A DNA stretch of 27,143 bases. Source: Candidatus Firestoneibacteriota bacterium. Lineage in GTDB: Bacteria > Oederibacteriota > D2-FULL-39-29 > JBBTED01. The translations under genes and the position numbers were made by a program. The stretch lies in NCBI GenBank assembly GCA_038042445.1, contig JBBTED010000139.1:1-27143 (forward strand). The letters are read 5' to 3'. Below are positions 9,546 to 20,526 of this stretch, piece by piece (position 1 is the first letter of the stretch; each line of letters opens with the position of its first letter). The notes under the pieces are model-generated. The model saw nothing but the letters and a program-made list of their open reading frames with translations. It was not told the origin of the DNA and made no database searches.

Positions 9546-10269
9546 TTTCATTGTCATAAGTAACTGAAATCGTATATCCCGGTTGGACAATTAAAAAATC
9601 TTCTTTATTCCAATTGCCATCAACAAGATTTTTGAATAGTTTTAAATTGCCTTCAATATGTTCAAATTTACAGTTTTTTTTCTTTGCTTTTACTTTTGTT
9701 TCTTCTTCGTATTCTGGAGTTTTCACAATTTCCATATCAATATATGAGTATTTAGTATAATTGTCTATACCTTTACCTAAAGTTTCTAAAATATACTTTG
9801 CATTTTCTTCGCCATAAAGTTGGACATATTCTTCATAAGTTTTATTTAACCCTAATTTTTGCAATTTAAAAGACTGCATTGTTTCCATATTAACTGTATC
9901 TCTTTCTATCCATCCTGTAGTTTTGTAATAAGTTCCTGGGTTTGCATCAAAATATTCCCTGTATTTTTCTTTTGACCCAAAGAAAAAAGTAATGCAGTCA
10001 TGCGCTTTTGGAACAACTAAAGGGATTTTGGATGTAGTTAAACCTGTTATTCCATTATTACATAAACCATATCCTAACAAAATTGCTTTGTATTTTTCTG
10101 TATCAACATTATTTATTCTTTCCTGTAGTTTGGCTCTCATATCATTACTGTCCAAATCGTGTAGCCCTTGTGTTACAAATTCCATATCTACTATATTTTT
10201 AGAAGTTGCAACAATATAGCAAAATTCTCTATAGAATACTTCGCATGCAATAAGTTTAAATCTATTCAT
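9493..10269 (-). CDS. DUF1638 domain-containing protein
   Basis: KLIACEV, GLHD, LGYGLCNNG, AHDCITFFFGS and GTYYKTTGW. Likely start is MNRFKL at 10269; the ORF track extends to 10311 through the promoter. Confidence 0.88.
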   Translation of the reverse strand: MNRFKLIACEVFYREFCYIVATSKNIVDMEFVTQGLHDLDSNDMRAKLQERINNVDTEKYKAILLGYGLCNNGITGLTTSKIPLVVPKAHDCITFFFGSKEKYREYFDANPGTYYKTTGWIERDTVNMETMQSFKLQKLGLNKTYEEYVQLYGEENAKYILETLGKGIDNYTKYSYIDMEIVKTPEYEEETKVKAKKKNCKFEHIEGNLKLFKNLVDGNWNKEDFLIVQPGYTISVTYDNEIIKCAKCPVKEKESDSK

Positions 10270-10278
10270 ATACCAATT

Positions 10279-10308
10279 ATTATAGGCAAAATTTTGTAAA
10301 ATATACAA
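10279..10308 (-). promoter_or_regulatory. Putative promoter of the DUF1638 gene (near-leaderless)
   Basis: Minus strand TTGTAT-18 bp-TATAAT, then 9 nt to the ATG; no SD. Confidence 0.5.
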
Positions 10309-10337
10309 CAAAAAATCTTTTATAATTCAGGAATTTC

Positions 10338-10375
10338 TGCTATAATATTAAATATATTTAACTAATTTGAAGGAG
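10338..10375 (+). promoter_or_regulatory. Extended -10 promoter and RBS of the sulfatase (possibly also gyrB)
   Basis: TGcTATAAT at 10338-10346; AGGAG at 10371-10375 before the ATG at 10384. Confidence 0.5.
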
Positions 10376-10383
10376 ATGATGAA

Positions 10384-11817
10384 ATGAGTTTTTCTGTTCC
10401 TGAGAGAGTTATATGGATTTCAACTGATCATATGAGATTTGATTGTATTGCTGCACATGGAAATCCTCTTATGTCTACGCCAAATCTTGATAGATTGGTG
10501 AACAATGGGGTTACATTTACTAATTGCTATGTACAAAGTCCTCTATGTATGCCGAGTAGATGTAGTTTTATGACAGGTTTGTATCCACAGCAGACAGGTG
10601 TAACACAAAATGGGCAGACTCTTCCCCCAGGTTTTAAGCCGACAGTCGCGAGTGTTTTTAATGAGATAGGTTATAATACAGTTCATATAGGAAAACTTCA
10701 TTTTCAGCCGCATGAGGAAAACGATTTAGATCCACGTGCCAGATATAATTATGGATTTGAAATTTTTTGGCTTGCAGAAGAGCCTGGATGTTATGAAGAT
10801 GCTTATACAAAATGGCTACGTAGTGAATATCCTCAGTATGCCAAGGCATTTAAAACTGTTCGTCCAATTTCACCTACACGACCACCTGTTTATGAAGGTT
10901 GTGTAATTGATGCTCCATGGGAAGCGAGTTATAGTGGATGGGTTGCAAATCAGGCAGAACGTTATTTGGGATGGCATAATCCAAAAGTATATAAACCATG
11001 GCATACGTATTTTAAACAAAAGCAATTTATGCATCTTGGATTTTATGCGCCACATCATCCTTTAAATCCTACGACAGAAATGTTTAAACCTTATTCAAAT
11101 GTTGAAATTTTATTAAACCAGATTAACGAAAGAGAGTGGGAGGATAAACCACGTCCTCTTTCAGATATATTACAAAGTTACAAAGATATTCCAGTTGAAA
11201 AATTCATAGAATATCGTAGATACTTTTATGCAATGGTTACTGGTGTAGATATGGCAATAGGAAAAATTTTAAAAAAACTTGAATCTGAAAATATGTTAGA
11301 TGATACTCTTATTGTATTTATGTCGGATCATGGAGATATGTGCGGTGACCATAGATTAATTTCTAAAGAGGTTACTTTTTTTGATGAAATTATGAAAGTT
11401 CCTTGTGTTCTTTATTGGCCAAAGGGTTTTGGAACTAAAGGCAGAAAAATTGATGGTCTTATTGAAATGGTTGATTTATTGCCAACATTAGTAGAATTGT
11501 GTGGTGGAAATGTTCCAGAAGTTATGCAAGGTAAGTCGTATGCAAAAGAACTTTTAAATAATAAAGTGCCTTCTGCACGTGAAGATGTTATAGCTTTTCA
11601 TCATCCGGATTTTGCAATGATTCGTACTAATGAATATAAATATATTAGATATAATTCCTTTAATACAGAGGTGTTGTATGATTTTTCAGATGATTTTTCT
11701 GAAGTTGTAAATCGTATCAAAGATAAACCTGAAGTTTTAAATAAAATGCGAGAAAGAATGCTTTCTAGGTTTTTAGCCGCAGGTCGTTCGGTTTTAGAAG
11801 CCCCCTATCTTTTTTAA
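10384..11817 (+). CDS. Cys-type (formylglycine-dependent, family S1) sulfatase, cytoplasmic
   Basis: ISTDH, TPNLDRL, C-x-P-x-R motif SPLCMPSRCS..TGLYP, GKLH, PHHP and SDHGD; no signal peptide evident. Confidence 0.92.
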   Translation: MSFSVPERVIWISTDHMRFDCIAAHGNPLMSTPNLDRLVNNGVTFTNCYVQSPLCMPSRCSFMTGLYPQQTGVTQNGQTLPPGFKPTVASVFNEIGYNTVHIGKLHFQPHEENDLDPRARYNYGFEIFWLAEEPGCYEDAYTKWLRSEYPQYAKAFKTVRPISPTRPPVYEGCVIDAPWEASYSGWVANQAERYLGWHNPKVYKPWHTYFKQKQFMHLGFYAPHHPLNPTTEMFKPYSNVEILLNQINEREWEDKPRPLSDILQSYKDIPVEKFIEYRRYFYAMVTGVDMAIGKILKKLESENMLDDTLIVFMSDHGDMCGDHRLISKEVTFFDEIMKVPCVLYWPKGFGTKGRKIDGLIEMVDLLPTLVELCGGNVPEVMQGKSYAKELLNNKVPSAREDVIAFHHPDFAMIRTNEYKYIRYNSFNTEVLYDFSDDFSEVVNRIKDKPEVLNKMRERMLSRFLAAGRSVLEAPYLF

Positions 11818-11843
11818 AAATGGACAATTTGGTTTGGAGGTAA

Positions 11844-14734
<2,891 letters not shown>

Positions 14735-14750
14735 AAAATTCTCCATTTTG

Positions 14751-14815
14751 GTAGTCGCAGGCTTTAGCCTGCGGAGGTTTCAGTTTACAGAACGCAGGCT
14801 AAAGCCTGTGACTAC
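14751..14815. repeat. GTAG-family REP doublet (REPIN-like)
   Basis: GTAGTCGCAGGCTTTAGCCTGCG-19 nt-CGCAGGCTAAAGCCTGTGACTAC. The 23-bp arms are inverted with 1 mismatch, and each arm is itself a hairpin. Confidence 0.85.
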
Positions 14816-14818
14816 TTT

Positions 14819-15217
14819 TCATTCTTCTTTGAATGTTGACAGATTTTCTGAAGTCGTATTTGTGTCTTTGTATTGTAACATTCTGCAAAGAATTTTAAGG
14901 CAATTATAGGTTGCACCAGTTTTATATTCAAAAAACTGTTTTAATTTATTTCTAAATGAAATATCTTCTGTTAGTTTGTATGTGGATGTATCCGAGTCTT
15001 TTATTAGAATTCCAGATTGTACAAAATCCGAGATTGCAGTTTCAAATTCGTCTTTTTCAAATGAATTCCTTGTAATTTTTTGTTGAAGAGTATCTTTGGC
15101 TAATGGAATGAAGGAGTTAGCATTAATGAAATCCAATATTTCAAGTTTGACAAATGAATATCTAATAATATTATCAATAACCCATTTTGTTTCTTCTGGA
15201 ATATCATTTGGCATCAT
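14819..15217 (-). CDS. Hypothetical protein, possible winged-helix fold
   Basis: 132-aa ORF filling the gap between the XRE genes. KLEILDFI...FETAISDFVQSGILIKDSDTSTYKLT resembles a wHTH recognition helix plus wing. It has its own promoter. Confidence 0.6.
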   Translation of the reverse strand: MMPNDIPEETKWVIDNIIRYSFVKLEILDFINANSFIPLAKDTLQQKITRNSFEKDEFETAISDFVQSGILIKDSDTSTYKLTEDISFRNKLKQFFEYKTGATYNCLKILCRMLQYKDTNTTSENLSTFKEE

Positions 15218-15256
15218 AATGTTATCTCTCTTTTAAGTTTACTGTCTGTATAATAG

Positions 15257-15285
15257 ATATTATTACAATACATCTTAAAAGTCAA
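15257..15285 (-). promoter_or_regulatory. Putative leftward promoter (wHTH-like gene + XRE copy A)
   Basis: Minus strand TTGACT-17 bp-TAATAT. Confidence 0.5.
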
Positions 15286-15310
15286 TTAAAAAATGTGTAA
15301 TTATAGACTC

Positions 15311-15360
15311 TTGCATATTAAAAGATTATATATATAATATATCTTCTGAAATGAAAGGAG
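15311..15360 (+). promoter_or_regulatory. Putative rightward promoter and RBS (XRE copy B)
   Basis: TTGCAT (15311-16), 16 bp, TATAAT (15333-38); AAAGGAG before the GTG at 15365. Confidence 0.55.
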
Positions 15361-15364
15361 TGGT

Positions 15365-15763
15365 GTGGGAGTGCCTGATAAGAAACCAATATTTATAGAA
15401 GATATATATGTTTTGCTCGGTAAAAAAATAAGAGAAGAAAGACTTAAAAGAGGTTTAACAATAGAAGAATTAGCAGATATGGCTGATATTCATTACACAT
15501 TCTTAGGCTATATAGAATTGGGTAAGAAAAAAGCCAGTTTGGAAACTATAAGAAAGCTATCTAATGCTTTGGAAATATCTGTAGAACAACTTTTTAAATT
15601 TTCAGATAAATCTATTAAAGAAATTCGTTATCCAGTTCAGGATAAAACTGAAAAACAACTGCATTTTTTGGTGCGTGATGCTTCGCCAAAAATAAGAAAA
15701 TTAATAATTGATGTTACAAAAAAAATAATTAAAAGCCATCCTATATATCCCAGTCATAAATAA
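15365..15763 (+). CDS. XRE/Cro-CI family HTH transcriptional regulator (copy B)
   Basis: LGKKIREERLKRGLTIEELADMADIHYTFLGYIELGKKKASLETIRKLSNALEI; paralogue of copy A; strong SD. Confidence 0.9.
   Translation: MGVPDKKPIFIEDIYVLLGKKIREERLKRGLTIEELADMADIHYTFLGYIELGKKKASLETIRKLSNALEISVEQLFKFSDKSIKEIRYPVQDKTEKQLHFLVRDASPKIRKLIIDVTKKIIKSHPIYPSHK
15455..15556. repeat. Right arm of the 102-bp inverted repeat shared by the two XRE genes
   Basis: Inverted match to 14573-14674 with 2 mismatches. Confidence 0.92.
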
Positions 15764-15766
15764 CTA

Positions 15767-15795
15767 TTGATTTTACATAAATCCTAAAGTATAGT
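15767..15795 (+). promoter_or_regulatory. Putative hemW promoter (leaderless)
   Basis: TTGATT-17 bp-TATAGT, then 6 nt to the ATG at 15802; no SD. Confidence 0.55.
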
Positions 15796-15801
15796 TTTTG
15801 T

Positions 15802-16953
15802 ATGCGTGGGCTTTATATTCACATACCTTTTTGTTTTAGCAAATGTTATTATTGCGATTTCAATTCATACTCAAATTTTTCATCGGATTTTAAGAAAAAA
15901 TATTGTGAGACTATACTGAATCAATTGCAACAAATTTTACCCAGCCTCTGCACGCAGGGGTTGGGTTCATACAGCAAGATAGATACGATATATATAGGTG
16001 GTGGAACTCCAACATCTGTTGAAATAGAACAATTGTGTAATATAGTAAAATGTTGTAAGCAATATTTTGGTGCTGATGAAAATATTGAGATTACTGTGGA
16101 GGCAAATCCTGTAGAGACTGGTTGCAACCAGTCTCTACAACAATTAAAAGAGGCGGGTGTAAATCGCTTAAGTATTGGTGCTCAGACATTTAATGACGAT
16201 TTGCTAAAATGGTTAGGCAGGATTCATTCTTCAAAAGATTTTTTTTCTTGCTATAACAATGCCAGAGAAGTCGGGTTTGACAATATAAATGTAGATTTAA
16301 TATTTGGTGTTGTTAATCAGACTCAAATATTATGGCAGGATACTTTGAAACGTCTTGTTGGTTATTCGCCTGAGCATATTTCTTTATATGATTTGACTAT
16401 AGAAGAAGGGTCAAAATTTTATGGTGATTTTAAAAAAGGAAAATATAAATTATTGACAGATGATGAAAGATTTGAGATGTATGATTATGCAATAAAATTT
16501 TTATCTGATAACGGATATGAACATTATGAAATTTCAAATTTTGCGAAGCCTGGATTTAGTTGTAAGCACAATGAAATTTACTGGAAAAATGAGGAGTATA
16601 TTGGATTGGGTGCAGGTGCTTGGTCATATTTAGAAGGAAAACGGTTCTCCAATATACGTGATCCATATACTTATGTTGATTGTATTTTAAATTCCAAAGA
16701 AGTAGTGGAATATCTTGAGGATTTACCATTAGATAAAGTTATGTCAGAGTCTATAATTCTTGGTTTAAGGATGATGAGAGGTATAGATAAAAATAATTGG
16801 AAAATCAGATTTAAAGAAGATATAAAACAAAAATTTCACATAACAATAGAAGAACTTAAAAACTTGGGATTACTATATGAAGATGATAGCAAAATTTGTC
16901 TAACTTCAAAAGGAATAAGAGTTGCAAATGAAGTTTTTGTAAGGTTTGTGTAA
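15802..16953 (+). CDS. hemW: Radical SAM heme chaperone HemW (HemN-like)
   Basis: LYIHIPFCFSKCYYCDF (CxxxCxxC), GGGTPT, EANP, NRLSIGAQTF, YEISNFAKPG..CKHN..YW and GLGAGA. The N-terminus is short, typical of HemW rather than HemN. Confidence 0.9.
   Translation: MRGLYIHIPFCFSKCYYCDFNSYSNFSSDFKKKYCETILNQLQQILPSLCTQGLGSYSKIDTIYIGGGTPTSVEIEQLCNIVKCCKQYFGADENIEITVEANPVETGCNQSLQQLKEAGVNRLSIGAQTFNDDLLKWLGRIHSSKDFFSCYNNAREVGFDNINVDLIFGVVNQTQILWQDTLKRLVGYSPEHISLYDLTIEEGSKFYGDFKKGKYKLLTDDERFEMYDYAIKFLSDNGYEHYEISNFAKPGFSCKHNEIYWKNEEYIGLGAGAWSYLEGKRFSNIRDPYTYVDCILNSKEVVEYLEDLPLDKVMSESIILGLRMMRGIDKNNWKIRFKEDIKQKFHITIEELKNLGLLYEDDSKICLTSKGIRVANEVFVRFV
15939..15966. repeat. GC-rich palindrome inside hemW
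   Basis: ACCCAGCCTCTGC-ac-GCAGGGGTTGGGT; 13-bp stem with two G.T wobbles. Confidence 0.65.
16110..16139. repeat. Perfect 30-bp GTAG-type palindrome inside hemW
   Basis: TGTAGAGACTGGTTG|CAACCAGTCTCTACA; encodes VETGCNQSLQ. Confidence 0.85.
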
Positions 16954-19038
16954 ATGAAAATGAAAAAACTATATTTGATAGTAATTGTTTTTTTTATATC
17001 CTTCTTTGTTTATTTGCATACACTTTGTCCTACGATTTATGTTGGCGATAGTGGAGAGTTGATTGCTGCTGTTTATAGTATGGGAATAGCGCATCCTTCG
17101 GGGTATCCAATTTTTTGCATATTTGGTAAGTATTTCTCCTTTTTTATACCCGGTAATTTTGCTTTTAAAATAAATGTAATTACTGCTTTTTTTGCTTCAT
17201 TTTCAGCAGTATTTTTAACATTGATTCTATTTGAGTTATTGGTATATACATTTGGAGCTGCAAATTTGAGTAATATTCCTATAGTAGTATGTTCTGTGAT
17301 AACCGGATTATGTTTTTCTTTTTCACGAACTTTGTGGTCACAAGCAGTTATTTCAGAAGTTTATACACTGAACGCTTTTTTTGTATCTTGGATACTGTAT
17401 TTGTTGATTCGGGTGTTAGTTGTTAAGAATGATGTCTATAGAACCAAGATAATTTATGTAATTGCATTGCTTTTTGGTCTGGCTCTTTCAAATCATCATT
17501 CAATAATATTATTATTTCCAGTACTTTTTGGGGTTGTATTGCATTTTAGAATACATAGGCAGTATCGTAAACTGCAAATTTTAGTATCACTTTTTCTTTT
17601 AGGGTTAACGATATATTTGTATTTGCCTATTCGGTCATCTGCTAATCCTCTTATTGACTGGGGAAATCCCGAAAATCTAAAAAATATGATGGACCATATT
17701 TTTAGAAAGCAATATGGCAGTATAAGTAAAAATTTGAGAACTACTTCATTGTTTTGGGAACAATGTTTAATATATTTTAAATTTATCTGGCATCAATTCA
17801 CACCATATTTATTAATTCCAATAATAATTGGAATAATTATGTTATATAAAAACAATAAAATATTTTTTCGTTTGTTTATTGGCGGATTTTTGCTAACAAG
17901 TATTGTTGCTGTTTTTATATTGAATTGGACAATTACAGCAGAAATCATAGAAGTTGTTGAAGTATTTTTTATCCAGTCACATATATTTTTAGCAATTTTT
18001 TTAGGATTTGGTATATTTTGGTTTGCCGAACAATTTAAAAAACATATTAGAAGTGCGTATGTTGTAGTTATGTTATTCGTATTGTTCCCATTGTTAAGTA
18101 ATTATTCTATGAATGACAGAAGTAGGAATTTTCTTGCATACGATTATGCAGTAAATATTTTAAAATCGATGCCGAAAAATTCCATTCTTTTTACTAAAGG
18201 GGATAATCAGATGTTTCCTCTGGCAGAATTGCAAATGGTAGAAAATGTCCGAACTGATATCAAAATTTATGATGACTGGGGATATGTTTTTCCAAATATA
18301 TATGACATCTTTGGTGAAAATTACAGTTTTTTAAATGATGAAGAACAAGCAGTTGTCAGGGCAAAGGTTCAAAGGATAATATTAGCACAGCGTGATGAAC
18401 CGATTTATTATACTGCTGCCAGTAGTATGTCTATGTTACAGGAAGTAAAAGCAGAGCAAGTGGGAATGATTTATAGAGTATCAAAACCCAATGCCTATAA
18501 ATCGGATAATAGTGAAAAAGTCTGGGATTCTTATTTAATGCGTGGAATTGATGATAAAGATATTTATAAAGATTATCTTGCCAGAAATGTGGGAGCCCAA
18601 TACCATTATTTTCTTGGCAAACATTATTATAATAAAAATATGTTTGCTCAGGCTGATGAAGAATTTGCGAAAGCTTCAGCAACAGGGTATGATATGGAAT
18701 CTATGTATAACAATTTGGCTGTAGCATATTTTGAAAAAGGAGATTATCAAAAAGCTATTAAAGAATTCAAAAAAGCTATAGAAGTAAATCCTAAGAAGCC
18801 TGAAATACATTGGAATGTGGGAATGGTTTATTGGACAATGGGATTGTATGATGATGCTATATCAGAATTTAGAACTGCTATAGATTTAAAACCTAATTAT
18901 GTTAATGCGCATTTTAATATGGCACTTGCTTATTTGAAAAAAGGCGATAAAACCCAAGCTAATTTCTATTTAGACAAAACCCTTCAGATAAATCCAGGTC
19001 ATTCAGAAGCATTGCAATATAAAAACTCTATAAAATAG
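16954..19038 (+). CDS. DUF2723 (TMEM260-like) membrane protein with C-terminal TPR repeats (second paralogue)
   Basis: TLCPTIYVGDSGELIAAVYSMGIAHPSGYP, WSQAVISEVYTLN, LYLPIRS..NPLIDWGNP and GDNQMFPL. TPRs include YNNLAVAYFEKGDYQKAIKEFKKAIEVNPK. Confidence 0.92.
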   Translation: MKMKKLYLIVIVFFISFFVYLHTLCPTIYVGDSGELIAAVYSMGIAHPSGYPIFCIFGKYFSFFIPGNFAFKINVITAFFASFSAVFLTLILFELLVYTFGAANLSNIPIVVCSVITGLCFSFSRTLWSQAVISEVYTLNAFFVSWILYLLIRVLVVKNDVYRTKIIYVIALLFGLALSNHHSIILLFPVLFGVVLHFRIHRQYRKLQILVSLFLLGLTIYLYLPIRSSANPLIDWGNPENLKNMMDHIFRKQYGSISKNLRTTSLFWEQCLIYFKFIWHQFTPYLLIPIIIGIIMLYKNNKIFFRLFIGGFLLTSIVAVFILNWTITAEIIEVVEVFFIQSHIFLAIFLGFGIFWFAEQFKKHIRSAYVVVMLFVLFPLLSNYSMNDRSRNFLAYDYAVNILKSMPKNSILFTKGDNQMFPLAELQMVENVRTDIKIYDDWGYVFPNIYDIFGENYSFLNDEEQAVVRAKVQRIILAQRDEPIYYTAASSMSMLQEVKAEQVGMIYRVSKPNAYKSDNSEKVWDSYLMRGIDDKDIYKDYLARNVGAQYHYFLGKHYYNKNMFAQADEEFAKASATGYDMESMYNNLAVAYFEKGDYQKAIKEFKKAIEVNPKKPEIHWNVGMVYWTMGLYDDAISEFRTAIDLKPNYVNAHFNMALAYLKKGDKTQANFYLDKTLQINPGHSEALQYKNSIK

Positions 19039-19171
19039 TAATGGGTCAGTGAAATACGGTATAAGAGGCAAAATTTTTAGTTAGAGGTGGTAAACGCAAG
19101 CTTTAGCCTGCGGTATTTCACGCAAGCTAAAGCTTGCGACTAGCAAATTCATCATTCACTAACCCATTACT
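19037..19171. mobile_element. MITE-like element with 17-bp terminal inverted repeats enclosing a REP doublet
   Basis: AGTAATGGGTCAGTGAA (19037-53) and TTCACTAACCCATTACT (19155-71), 16/17 complementary; 135 bp; non-coding. Confidence 0.6.
19090..19143. repeat. REP doublet, same family as 14751-14815
   Basis: GTAAACGCAAGCTTTAGCCTGCG-gtatttca-CGCAAGCTAAAGCTTGCGACTAG. Confidence 0.82.
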
Positions 19172-19189
19172 TTAAATAGTCCTTTTTTC

Positions 19190-19218
19190 TTGAAAACTTT
19201 ACTGCTTAAGGATAGAAT
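19190..19218 (+). promoter_or_regulatory. Putative promoter of the waaA operon (near-leaderless)
   Basis: TTGAAA-17 bp-TAGAAT, then 9 nt to the ATG at 19228; no SD. Confidence 0.55.
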
Positions 19219-19227
19219 AGTATTTAT

Positions 19228-20526
19228 ATGTGGTATTTTGTGTATGATTTTGTACTTATTGGGTTTTGTATACCTGCTGTTTTAGTTTTGCCGGTTTTAC
19301 TTGTTATATTTCCTCATTGGAGATATGGTGTATTGCAACGTTTTGGTATATTCAGCAGGGAAGTTTCTGAAAAGTTAAAGTCTGGTAATAATATTTGGTT
19401 GCATGCGGCTTCTGCAGGTGAGGTTGTTTCTTTGTCTGCCATTGCAAATCTGCTTAAATCTGTTTATACTGAAAACGATATTGTGCTTTCTACTACAACA
19501 AAGGCTGGCCAGGATATGGCTAATAAGACAATGCCGTGTATTAAAGCCTCGTTTTATCTTCCAATAGATATAAAATGGATTGTAAGATATGTGGTTAAAT
19601 TGATAAATCCAAAACTTTTAATATTTGCTGAAACGGAGTATTGGCCAAATCTGTTAAAAGAGGCAAAACTTGTAGGTGCAAAGGTGGTATTAGTAAATGG
19701 CAGGTTTTCAGAAAAAAGTTTAAAACGTTATAAAATTGTAAAAAAGCCATTTGCTAAAGTTCTAAAAAATATTGATATGTTTAATATGCAAAGTAAAAAA
19801 GATGCTGATACTGTCTTGAATTTTGGTGTATCGCCTGATAAGGTTAAGATACTTGGTGATGCGAAATATGATATTGGAGAAAACACAGGCAAAGACAAAA
19901 TAATTGTGGATTTTAACTGTTTGAATCATAGAGAACATATTATTATTGCAGGAAGTGTACACGATGGAGAATATGAAGAAGTTTTATATGCATTTTCAAA
20001 AATTGTTGAAAAATATAGTGATTCTGTTCTTGTTTTAGCTCCGAGGCATATTGATAAAATTGCAAAGTTGGAAGAGTCTGCGAATCAATTTGGGATTCCT
20101 TATTTTAAACGCACAAATTTTAAGTGTGAAAAAGTTAATGCTAAAACAAGTGGAGGATTTATAATTATTTTGGATACAATTGGAGAATTAGCAACATTGT
20201 ATAAAATTGGAAAAATCGCATTTGTTGGTGGAAGTTTAATTCATGTTGGCGGACATAATGTTTTTGAACCGGCAATTGCAGGTATTCCGGTTTTGTTTGG
20301 GCCATATACACAGAATTTTGAAGTAGCAGTTACTGCCTTAAAAGAACAAGGTGGCGGTATTGAAGTAAAAGATAAAGACGATTTGGCAAGTACAATAATT
20401 AATTTGTTTGATAATCCTGAAGAAATAAAAAGAATCGGTAAATTGTCCAGAGATACTGCTAATAGATATACAGGCAGTGCATATAAAAATGTAGATTTAA
20501 TCAAAAAGGTATTCCAGAGTATATGA
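19228..20526 (+). CDS. waaA: 3-deoxy-D-manno-octulosonic acid (Kdo) transferase
   Basis: N-terminal TM, WLHAASAGE, YLPID, ETEYWPN, VNGRFSEKS, LAPRH, DTIGEL and GGHNVFEPA. Confidence 0.95.
   Translation: MWYFVYDFVLIGFCIPAVLVLPVLLVIFPHWRYGVLQRFGIFSREVSEKLKSGNNIWLHAASAGEVVSLSAIANLLKSVYTENDIVLSTTTKAGQDMANKTMPCIKASFYLPIDIKWIVRYVVKLINPKLLIFAETEYWPNLLKEAKLVGAKVVLVNGRFSEKSLKRYKIVKKPFAKVLKNIDMFNMQSKKDADTVLNFGVSPDKVKILGDAKYDIGENTGKDKIIVDFNCLNHREHIIIAGSVHDGEYEEVLYAFSKIVEKYSDSVLVLAPRHIDKIAKLEESANQFGIPYFKRTNFKCEKVNAKTSGGFIIILDTIGELATLYKIGKIAFVGGSLIHVGGHNVFEPAIAGIPVLFGPYTQNFEVAVTALKEQGGGIEVKDKDDLASTIINLFDNPEEIKRIGKLSRDTANRYTGSAYKNVDLIKKVFQSI

Noticed and set aside
11679..11702. Imperfect 12-bp tandem duplication (YDFSDDFSE) in the sulfatase
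   Set aside because: It has only two imperfect AT-rich units and is likely chance or a trivial local duplication.
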